Positions 28,082 through 37,198 of a DNA stretch of 64,000 bases are shown here, one piece after another; positions within the stretch are counted from its first letter, which is position 1, and each line of letters begins with the position of its first letter. Source of the stretch: an uncultured cyanobacterium (GTDB lineage Bacteria; Cyanobacteriota; Cyanobacteriia; Phormidesmidales; Phormidesmidaceae); the NCBI GenBank assembly GCA_963793265.1, contig CAWBZI010000007.1, forward strand, positions 160,001 to 224,000, in the 5' to 3' direction. A model generated the notes under the pieces. The model was given only the letters and a program-made list of their open reading frames with translations, made no database searches and was not told where the DNA came from. The translations under genes and the position numbers were made by a program.

Positions 28082-31000
28082 ATGAAAAATCAATTCGTTC
28101 AAGTCGGCCAAATTAAAAAGCTGCGCGATGTCTCTTTAGCATTTACAGTTCCAGATGACTTACCCTCGATTCTGATCAGTGGCACAACACTCGTTTGGAC
28201 AAAACAAGCCCTAAAGACCTTCAGTGACATTCACAGGGCTGCTTATGAAGAAAATGAGAAGTTCAAGGAACTCCCTTATCAATCGCTCAGAGGAGGATTA
28301 ACTGTCAATCTAGAGGCCATCACTCGAATCGAATCGCACTTAGGCTTAGAACATTCTCTGATTAGAAACGTTCGTAGCGATAAGCCTCAGGAGTATAGCT
28401 TCGCGTGCTTGCTAGATAGCAATGATAACAATCAGCTTAAAAAAAGGTTGCGCTCTACTTTAAACAATTGGCTTGTCAACTACTTAAGACCGTTCTGCAA
28501 AGAAAAGAACGTTCCCGACAACCTACTGGATCAAGTCCAGAATCTGATCGAGCATAACGAACTAATACGCCTTTCCACTTTTGGATTTAACTTATTACCA
28601 TGGGCAGCAGGAGAAAATGGTACAACAGAACCTGAAGATGGCCGTGCTTACATCGTAGTTGTAGACTACGTTGCTCGCTTAATCGCAGGAAAGGAGCTAT
28701 TTGAGGGTTGCGGCCCAATGCGGCGAGTCATCTCCAGCTATGGTAAATTCGCGAGCAATATTGCTGAGCTTATAACTTCTCCTATCTTTATAGAAAATAA
28801 AGGGCGTTTTAGCTTGGTGATAAAGCTACAGGTCGTCACCTTTGCCTCAATTAGCCAACCTATCATTAAGCTGGATGTTTCCAAACGCCGGTGGCTGGAT
28901 TTACTTGATGCACCTGAGCGCGATCGCCAAAAGATTTCTGGCTATGCATTTTCTTCAACTCTTCAAGACCGCACATTCAGTTTCAAAGTCGCTCCTTGCA
29001 AAGATAATAATGAGTGGACTTGGAAAACAGAAAAAGACTTTGGTGCCATTCGGCGTCAACTAGAGCTAGGTATGCAGACGTTTAGCGGTCAGGATATCGT
29101 TTTAGGAAACGCTGATATTGGTGGCTCTCAGCTTGTGCTCTGTCATCGCAATAGCCTGGGGAAACACGGTATTGATGCAGGCGTACCAGAAGTTGACAAG
29201 TTAGAGGCTTACACAAAAGTAGAAAAGATAGTAAGTACTCTTGGCCTCGTACCTTTCGCAGCGTATGAACCCATTGGGAACAAAAGTAGCAAAAGACAGG
29301 AAGAGAAAGAGATCAAACTACCAACGCTGTTGAGCGCTCTACTCCAAATCAGTGATTCTGACTCACCCGCTCCTACACTTGATTACATAAACAAGCTTAG
29401 CGATAGTCAGCTCAATCAGCAGCTAGCAAAAGCGTTTCGTTTCTCTTCAGAATCCGTTAAATTCGGTAGGAAGGCATTTCAAGTCAGCCAGCCAAAGGAA
29501 AGTGATTTTGAAGAACTCCAAGCAATAAGAGAACGAAACAGCAATGCTTTAAAGCGGTTGTATCCAGGAGAGAAGCTATCACTCTTTATATTTTATCAAG
29601 ATGGCTTTTGAGAAGAACTGAAGTTTCTGACAGCATTAGCACAATTACTATGGGGAGAATCTGTTGAAATTGTAACCAATAGCTTGCCACCAAATACGCA
29701 TGGCTCAAGGCATGACTTGCCAAACCCGAAAGCAAAAGCGCAGGAGCGCTCTAAGCAGCGCATTAAAGCGTGGGAGTCAACTGCAAAGCAACTCGCTGAG
29801 CGAGAGGGGCGAATCTTCTGCCTTGTGCTTGCCGCAAAATTCTTCAAAGATGAAGATGGCACCGATAAGCGAGACGATCCCATCAACAAACCATCTACAA
29901 GGAGGGCATTGGCGAGCCTGTGTGGCGCTTGCGTACAATTCATCACCCAGATGAATAGAACTAAAAACAACCTAATTGATTTAGTAGATTATTCTCGTCG
30001 GGGGCAGCAAGCGCTGAAAGATTTGCTATCTGCGCATTCAGGGCGAGTAGAAAGTATTAAAGATAAAGTCGATGAGTGTTTGCAAATACCGTCAGCATCC
30101 AAACCCAAAGAAATTATTGCTATCACCATTGTACGCAAACAAAAGGGCCGCGTACGAGGTCGTATTGAGAGTACTTTTCTACCTGTTGCCATTCGTATTC
30201 AGGTTGAAACGGAGCGGTGTGACATGCGCTGTGCTTACGCAATTGAGGAGAAACTAACGACAACGGAATGGGAGAAGTTTCCTGATGCACTTGCTAGAAT
30301 CGCAAATATTTCTCCTGTTAAGATAGGAAACAGTCATCAAACACGGAAGAGAAATTTCATGCAGTTTGTGAGGAACGTTATCTCTTCCTCCGTTAAACAA
30401 GAGATGCAACCCTTGGTAATAATAGATTCAACCAATTGCGTTCAACTATGGCCCTGGCTAGCTGACAGCCGCATAAACGCGAATAATATCCAGCTTGAGG
30501 GCGTTTCTAGCTGGATGTACAAAGAGTGGGCAGGGGCCAGACTCGTCCGCATCAAACAAGGCTTTACACCCGCGATTATCGAAGAGAAAGTACGCTACAT
30601 CATGGAATCATCGATAAGCGATGAAAGATCTTTAGATGAATTGAAACAGCTAGATGCAGACATTAAGATTCCATCCGCATCTAGCACCCTTGGAAAGCTA
30701 TTCCGATTGAAGGCGTCTAATTCAACGGGATGTATTGTTTATTTATCCATAGGTAGTAGAGCTGTTCAACAAGAGTGGAGAGGACAAAGCTGTTATCATG
30801 CTATACCCGCTTATACTTCTGTGAGGCTTCAGGATACTGATGAAACTTCAGAAAAAGGCATCTCTAAAGAGAGACCTAAAAAACTAAAAAACGCCGCTGG
30901 AATCGAGATGCGTGAATCGTCTGAAAAGCCACCCTTTATAAAACAATGGCCAACACCCAATCCACTTGAAATTTTAGTCACTTTACACCAGGATGACGAT

Positions 31001-31162
31001 AATCCTGACCAAGTAGCAGCTCTCGTTGAGTCTCTGCGATATGTCCTCGGACACTATGCAGAATCAACGACTCTACCAGCTCCACTATTCTTTGAGCGTG
31101 TCGTTAGAGACTACATCAGCGATTTTTCAATTGAGGATGACTCTGAGAATGAGGAATTTTAG
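28082..31162 (+). pseudogene. pPIWI-RE-like (divergent PIWI/Argonaute superfamily) protein of about 1026 codons with a single in-frame TGA at 29609-29611
   Basis: ORFs 28016-29611 and 29684-31162 are in the same frame (offset 1668 nt); translation across the stop is ...FYQDGF*EELKFLTALAQLLWG...; motifs LPYQSL, KRRW, DPINKPSTRRALA, DSTNCVQLWPWLAD, ARLVRI, PNPLEI, LR...TLPAPLFF. Confidence 0.75.
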
Positions 31163-31318
31163 TGGTTCCCTTTTGTAAGGGCTTTGCCAACGCACAGAGG
31201 GTAGTGCTTACGTCAAGGGCATAGCAGGGGTATGGCTACTACCAATGAGTTGCATCTGTAAACTCATGTGTCAAACGTTTCCTTTCCGAAAACCTCTTAT
31301 GAAAATGGCTTTAATAAA

Positions 31319-31392
31319 TGGACGTACGCCGACTCGAACGGCGGACCTCATCGATGTCAACGATGCGCTCTAACCAACTGAGCTATACGTCC
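31319..31392 (-). tRNA. trnV: tRNA-Val(GAC)
   Basis: GGACGTA TAGCTCAGTTGGTTAGAGC G CATCG TTGACAT CGATG AGGTC CGCCG TTCGAGT CGGCG TACGTCC A; complete cloverleaf. Confidence 0.97.
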
Positions 31393-31420
31393 TGAAGCGA
31401 TGCTTTTACACCGGGCTTTG

Positions 31421-31450
31421 AATATACCACAGCGGTTTGGGTTGGTGCAA
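31421..31450 (-). promoter_or_regulatory. Sigma-70-type promoter for the intact tRNA, located inside island B
   Basis: Minus strand TTGCAC-N18-TATATT with a TG extended -10. Confidence 0.55.
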
Positions 31451-31606
31451 TACTTGATTTTAGCTATATGGGCTTAAACTCTAAGTTGCCTGAATCTACA
31501 GGGCTATATTCTAGAGTTTTCAATCAAATTGGTAGACGACTGGTAGAAAATCTTTGCTTACTATACATAGGTTCTAGCGTCTGAGCCATACACTAGACGC
31601 TAGAAA

Positions 31607-31852
31607 ATGGAGTTCAATCTGACGACTGATAAAGGTAGCTATCGAATTGATTTTACTTTAGATGGGAAGCGTAAGCGTTTTCATCCAGGCACTAAGGACG
31701 AGATCACCGCTAAGCAGTTAGTAGCGCAAATGACGTATGAGTGGAATATAGGGAAGTTTGATGTAACTCTACACTCCTACAAGCTCAGGAATAGAATCCA
31801 GGCACTGCTGCGTTTGTTCAGCCTTGGAGCGGGTGGAAAGAACCATCCATAA
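31607..31852 (+). pseudogene. Integrase N-terminal Arm DNA-binding domain remnant
   Basis: YRIDFTLDGKRKRFH...AKQLVAQM...GKFDVTLHSYK, adjacent to the tRNA; no catalytic domain follows. Confidence 0.7.
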
Positions 31853-32934
31853 TTTGGGCAATGAGTGTAGCAACTACGGGTTCTATGAAATCACCAACTG
31901 TGGATATTATTACTAATCCATTATGGGAGTTGGACAGTCAGGAGAGTGAAGATAGGGACTACGTTGTAGACGATGTTACGATGGAAGCTCTTATTCAAGT
32001 CTATCAACATAATCCCAGAGGGCTGTTAGTACATAGAGATGAGCTAGATGGCTTGTTTAAAAGTGATAATAAATATCGTGGTGGGAAAGGAGATGATTCA
32101 CAGAAATGGCTATCTCTTTACAGCGGTAAACCTATCAAAGTCAATCGAAAGGGAATTGAAAGCGACAAATTACAACTCAATAAAACGACTGTATCAGTTA
32201 CAGGTACTATTCAGCCTGAGATATTAAGACAGTATCTCAAAGGAATTCAAACCCATAGTGGATTTAATTCAAGGTGGTTATTCTGTAGTTCTCAAATGCC
32301 TTCTGCGAAATATACCGGTAAAGATTCTCCAGATGTTAGGGATATTTTGACGCAGCTCTATTTGGCATTGGGAAAAGTCCCAGATGGTTCTACGTTTGTA
32401 TTTTCTAGCGAGGCTAAAGATTGCTTTGTTAGAGACTGGCATGACCCTATTGTCGAAAGAATAGAGCAAGAGCAAAATCCTTTTATTCAGGCTATTCTAG
32501 CCAAGATGAAAGGGTATTGTGCCAAGATAGCTTCGATTATCCATTGCATTAATGAGGCCATTGCAACTAGCCATAACAATTCAGAAACTGCCATAGATAT
32601 CTCGAAAGAAATATCCTTAGAGACGATTCAAAAGGCAATAGCCCTATCTTTTTTCTATGTAGCCCAAGCAGAAAAGATTTATGGAGTAGTAAGAGAAACT
32701 CAAAACCCCACATACGATGTCTGGATGATTCTGAAACAGCTATCTGAAGACAGTGGCGGATGGATAAAAGCTAGAGATGCTGGTCAGAAAACCAAAAGGA
32801 TTAAGGGAGCAGACAACTTCCGTAAACTATTTCAGAGTATGGCTTCTGATGGGTTTGGAGAAGTCCAAGGTGAAGGAAAAAACCTTGAGTGGAGGTATGG
32901 AGAGTCTATAGAAATAGCTTCTACACTTCTGTAA
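31795..32934 (+). pseudogene. DUF3987/YfjI-like primase-helicase-associated protein, 5'-truncated
   Basis: Frame open from 31795: WKEPSIIWA...TGSMKSP, DVTMEAL, PRGLLVHRDELDG, VSVTGTIQP, GFNSRWLF. Confidence 0.7.
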
Positions 32935-32962
32935 AACGCTGAAAGTATTGTAGCTTAAAGGC

Positions 32963-33002
32963 TTAGCTGTAGAGCTACTGCTAGAAATAGCTCTACAGCT
33001 AA
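32963..33002. repeat. Perfect 15-bp inverted repeat
   Basis: TTAGCTGTAGAGCTA-N10-TAGCTCTACAGCTAA. Confidence 0.85.
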
Positions 33003-33096
33003 ACAGAATTTTCGTATGTCAAAATGTGTTAACAAGCGCATCTATACTTTCTATATCGGTGCCTTACGGATTGCGCTGAGTCTCTCCATATCATTT

Positions 33097-33744
33097 CTAT
33101 GCTTTCACATGGACTATCCCAGGAAGTCTTAGCATGCAACTTAAGTTTGCGTTTTTGGGAATTCCACTTGAGTTCAATCGAGTTTTACTAGCCGAGAAAA
33201 AAATTTGCTTCCTTGCTCTAGTTACACCTACATAAAATACGCTCAATTCTTCCAAGAATGGTTTTCTGTTTTTATCGCTCACTGTTAAGTTGCAACTATT
33301 TTTATAATTGCAACTTCCACAAAGCCCGCGCCAGTTAGGAATAGAATATTGTTCCATGTCTGGCATTAAGACGTAGTCCCATTCTAGTCCTTTTGCTCCG
33401 TGGATCGTTGAAATAATAACGCTTCTATCAATATATTCCATGTTTTGTTTCAAGGTTTTATTGTCAAAGGTATCTCTTATTAGGACTACTTTGTCCTCAG
33501 CACTCAAAAAGGAATAATCAGTTGATACCCTATCTAAAAATACTCGTAGTAGATTCAGTAACGACGCTATGACAGGTTTTCCACTATCTCTAAATGTTTT
33601 TTCAACTCGAAGGCATAATTTTCCTAGACTTCCTTTTGAAATCTTAATGCCTTCTCTTAATTGATCAGTAAACTGAGAGGAACACTCTCTATGAAATAAC
33701 AAGTAGTCTGGGTCATCATCTACAAAGAGGGCATAAAAATAAGG
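33097..33744 (-). pseudogene. C-terminal fragment of a UvrD/Rep-type SF1 helicase, truncated at IS1
   Basis: STIHGAKGLEWDYV and FYVGVTRAR present; no Walker A/B; abuts the IS1 left end. Confidence 0.8.
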
Positions 33745-34571
33745 GGTAGTCCTTAACGTGTAAGGATAATTCTATCGATTAGGCGATGCGATCGCACAAA
33801 CGATTGGGTGATAATAGTAACGTTGCAACCTTAACTTTTCTAGTGACTTCCGCTCTTCCAACCTGCCCTGATTGCCATTCTGATTCTGTTGTTAAGAATG
33901 GATTTATTCACAACGGCAAGCAAAATCATCTGTGTAAAGACTGCGGACGACAATTCGTCAAAGACCCGCAGAATAAGGTGATTAGCGATGAGACGAAGGC
34001 GTTGATAGACAAACTATTGCTAGAGAAAATACCGCTGGCTGGGATTGCTAGAGTGGCTGATGTTTCTGAGGTATGGCTACAAGGTTACGTGAATAAGAAA
34101 TATGCATCGGTACCGCGCGAAGTCAACGTGCGGGCCAAAAAAAGGGGCGATTGACCATCCAATGCGATGAGATGTGGTCATTCGTGGGCAACAAAGGCAA
34201 CAAACAGTGGGTATGGCTGGCGATAGATATTGAAAGTCGAGAAGTTGTAGGGCTCTACATCGGTCGTCGAAGTCGAGTCGGTGCGCGTGGGCTATGGGCC
34301 ACACTGCCTCCCGTCTATCGGCAGTGTGCTGTGGCCTATACTGACTTCTGGGAAGCTTATGAACAGGTAATTCCAAGCAAACGGCATCGAGCAGTAGGGA
34401 AGGAAACGGGACTGACCAATCGGATTGAACGACTCAACTGTACCCTGCGTCAACGTATCTCTAGATTAGTGCGTAAAACGCTCTCATTTTCTAAAAAGTT
34501 GGAGAATCATATAGGCGCTATCTGGTACTTCATCCATCACTACAACGCATCCTTACCGCTTTAGGACTACC
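33745..34571 (+). mobile_element. IS1 family insertion sequence
   Basis: IRs GGTAGTCCTTAACGTGTAAGGAT and (rc) GGTAGTCCTAAAGCGGTAAGGAT; no target duplication. Confidence 0.92.
33843..34564 (+). CDS. IS1 transposase InsAB (programmed -1 frameshift)
   Basis: InsA CPDC...KNG...CKDC; slippery A7G4 at 34137-34147; InsB CDEMWSFV, YTDFWEAY, IERLNCTLRQRISRLVRKTLSFSK. Confidence 0.9.
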
Positions 34572-34753
34572 ATGACCTAATTACTATAACGAACTACATA
34601 CGTATTAGGTTTTCTTTTTTCTAATTATACTGAGTCTCAAAATATACTGATGCTACAATGGAACAGTTAGCTATTTAGACGATGAGATTCATGAAAAGTA
34701 TCATTTTAATTAGGGCAGTATAAAGATACATTTACCGTACCAAATAACTTCTC

Positions 34754-35818
34754 ATGCAACTTCTGCGTAAAAGAACTATTAAATCTGATTCCGATGCAAG
34801 TAACACTGGTAGTCTTCAAGAACAGCTTGAAGAGAAAATGTTTAATCTTTTTGGACAGGTAGTAGAGAAGCGAAGCGACTATTATGACTCCCATCAAAAT
34901 GAGTTGCCAACAATTCAAAGTCTTCCTACACTAACCAAATATTGTGGCAATCAAAATGCTGCGATTTCCGGTGGTGCTAGCTTAGTTCCTGGGCCTTTAG
35001 ACATGGTGGCAGTAGTTCCCGAAATCACGTGGATTATCAAAAATCAAGTGGAGATGGTCTACGATATTGGCGTTGCATACGGTTACAGAAAGCAATTATC
35101 ACCTGAACTCCTTGCCAGCGTAGTCGGGTATGCATTAGGCGCAGGCACTCTAGGTCTAATAGCGCTACATGGACAAAAAGTGCTGGTAAAAAGAGCATCG
35201 CTTAGACTAATGCAAAAGCTCGTTAAGCTGATGGCAGGAAAAGTATCACAGAGACTACTCAAATCTATGGTGGGTAAGTGGGTTCCCGTTGCTGGTGCTG
35301 TTGCTTTAGCAGCATGGTCTAAATATTCAACACATGCAGTAGCTAAAAAGGCTATCTCTATTTTCGAGAAAGAATTTGTATTTTCTGATGATGAGGTAGG
35401 TCTTGAAGGGTATATGGAAAATCAGGATTCTTTAGAAGTATCAAAGGGCAATAGCTCAGGTACAGAGAGTCGAATCGAAAAAGCGAAGATTGAATCGCTT
35501 ATTAGCCTTATGCGTATAGACGGAGAAATTAAGTCAGAAGAACAAAAATTTATCGGACTCATTATTGAGGATTCTACTGTTCCTGATGGTGAGAGGATTG
35601 ACCTAATCAAGAAGATGAATCAAACTACCAAGTTGCAAGTCGATTATTCAGAAATCAAGAAGTCACCTGAAGATGCCGTCAGTCTGACTATTGATTTGGT
35701 AGCTCTATCGAAACAAGATGGTGAGTTTCACATTTCTGAGAAGATGTTCATTAAACAAGTAGGCAAAATGGTGGGCATGTCTCAAGACGACTTATCCGAA
35801 GTCATGTTGGCCTCATAG
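34754..35818 (+). CDS. EcsC-like protein with a C-terminal TerB-like domain
   Basis: GGASLVPG...QVEMVYDIGVAYG...GKWVPVAGA; C-terminal RIDGEIKSEE and KQDGEFHISEKMFI. Confidence 0.6.
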   Translation: MQLLRKRTIKSDSDASNTGSLQEQLEEKMFNLFGQVVEKRSDYYDSHQNELPTIQSLPTLTKYCGNQNAAISGGASLVPGPLDMVAVVPEITWIIKNQVEMVYDIGVAYGYRKQLSPELLASVVGYALGAGTLGLIALHGQKVLVKRASLRLMQKLVKLMAGKVSQRLLKSMVGKWVPVAGAVALAAWSKYSTHAVAKKAISIFEKEFVFSDDEVGLEGYMENQDSLEVSKGNSSGTESRIEKAKIESLISLMRIDGEIKSEEQKFIGLIIEDSTVPDGERIDLIKKMNQTTKLQVDYSEIKKSPEDAVSLTIDLVALSKQDGEFHISEKMFIKQVGKMVGMSQDDLSEVMLAS

Positions 35819-36186
35819 TTTGACATCTTCAAATTAGAGGTGTTTGCAAGATACTAATGTCAATGTAGTGATCTCATTAAGGGTTTATGTGCAGTGGTAA
35901 TTGTAGGTTTATTAGTACTTAATTGTACTGTCTAAGCTAATCTTAGCCAGGAAAACGACGCGCTAAACCTGTCTAAGACCTTATAAGACCCTAGTTATAG
36001 GAAAACTCTATCAAGCTCCTCTTTACTAAAATAGATTCAGTAGAGAAGGGCTAATCCATCTCATACCTATTTTCATACAGACAAGAATACTCGATTTATC
36101 CAGTTGAGCTATTAATGTTTGGGAGAGAAGTGCTAGATTCTACAGACTTGATACGCTAGAACCCTTATGTAAAAAGCAAGATACCA

Positions 36187-36229
36187 ATCGATGTCAACGA
36201 TGCGCTCTAACCAACTGAGCTATACGTCC
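36187..36229 (-). repeat. 5' half of tRNA-Val(GAC); outer boundary of island B
   Basis: 43-nt exact repeat of 31350-31392. Confidence 0.92.
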
Positions 36230-36330
36230 TTAGTGGAAACTGGGCATAGCATGGCGGTTGCCTCCTATGCAAGTATGGATTTTGTTGAGGCAAAACTGCA
36301 CATGACGAAAGTTTAGTCTACTGGGAGTAT

Positions 36331-37173
36331 TTGATTTTGAGACGTTTGGTGTGGGGAATAGGCGCGATCGCACTACTCTATCTCGGGGCCTGCATAGCGC
36401 TATGGGCCTATCAGCCACGAATGATATTTTTCCCTGATGCTTTGGTGAAGAGTAGGCCAACTGAGGTAGGGCTAGCTTACGAAGACATAGAGCTGCAAGT
36501 TCAGGGCGATACTGTGCATGGATGGTGGATTCCGGCGGTGGGTGAGACGGCCCCGGTTGTGCTGTACCTGCATGGGAATGGCAGCAACGTGGGGGATTTG
36601 GTGGCGCGGGCGCAAAGGTTTCATGAGTGGAATTACAATGTGCTGCTGATCGACTATCGAGGGTATGGGCGTAGCAGCGGAAAGTTTCCGAATGAGCGGC
36701 GGGTGTATGAGGATGCTGAGGCAGCTTGGCAATATCTGACGCAGGAGCGGCAGGTGGCGGCAGAGCGGATTGTGATTTTTGGTCAGTCTTTGGGGGGAGC
36801 GATCGCAGTGCAGCTAGCGAGCCAAAAAAACGATGCAGCGGGGCTGATAGTCGAGTCGTCTTTTACGTCTATGAGAGAGATGGTGGGGCACTCATATTCG
36901 CGGCTACCGTCGCTGGTGCCAGTGAATTTGATTTTGACGCAGCGGTTTGATTCTTTGGCGAAGGTGCGATCGCTCAAAATGCCCTTACTGCTGCTGCATG
37001 GCACCGAAGATCAGATGGTACCGGCCAGGATGAGCCAGGCTTTGTACGATGCGGCAGGCGGTGAGAAGTCATTGGTGTGGCTTGAAGGCGGTGGGCACAA
37101 CGATTTGCCTTATAGAGAAGGGAGTGAGTATGCAGATAGTATTAGAGCCTTCGTCGAGCGGTATGCTAAGTAG
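36331..37173 (+). CDS. Alpha/beta hydrolase (ABHD/Bem46-like)
   Basis: YLHGNG, DYRGYGRS, GQSLGG, HGTED, GGGHND. Confidence 0.92.
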   Translation: MILRRLVWGIGAIALLYLGACIALWAYQPRMIFFPDALVKSRPTEVGLAYEDIELQVQGDTVHGWWIPAVGETAPVVLYLHGNGSNVGDLVARAQRFHEWNYNVLLIDYRGYGRSSGKFPNERRVYEDAEAAWQYLTQERQVAAERIVIFGQSLGGAIAVQLASQKNDAAGLIVESSFTSMREMVGHSYSRLPSLVPVNLILTQRFDSLAKVRSLKMPLLLLHGTEDQMVPARMSQALYDAAGGEKSLVWLEGGGHNDLPYREGSEYADSIRAFVERYAK

Positions 37174-37198
37174 CAATTAATCGATTGCGCCTACTACG

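Larger units (their letters stand above)
22230..31318. mobile_element. Genomic island A (TA pair plus pPIWI-RE-type module), no integrase visible
   Basis: Bounded by the tRNA 3'-half repeat; sparse HIP1; TTGCACCAAT tandem repeat (22289-22298, 22300-22309) near the att site. Confidence 0.8.
31393..36186. mobile_element. Genomic island B, a decayed integrative element
   Basis: Bounded by the intact tRNA and the tRNA 5'-half repeat; AT-rich; contains integrase, primase-like and helicase remnants plus IS1. Confidence 0.8.

Noticed and set aside
29609..29611. Selenocysteine recoding of the TGA
   Set aside because: No convincing SECIS-like hairpin directly downstream and no redox-motif context
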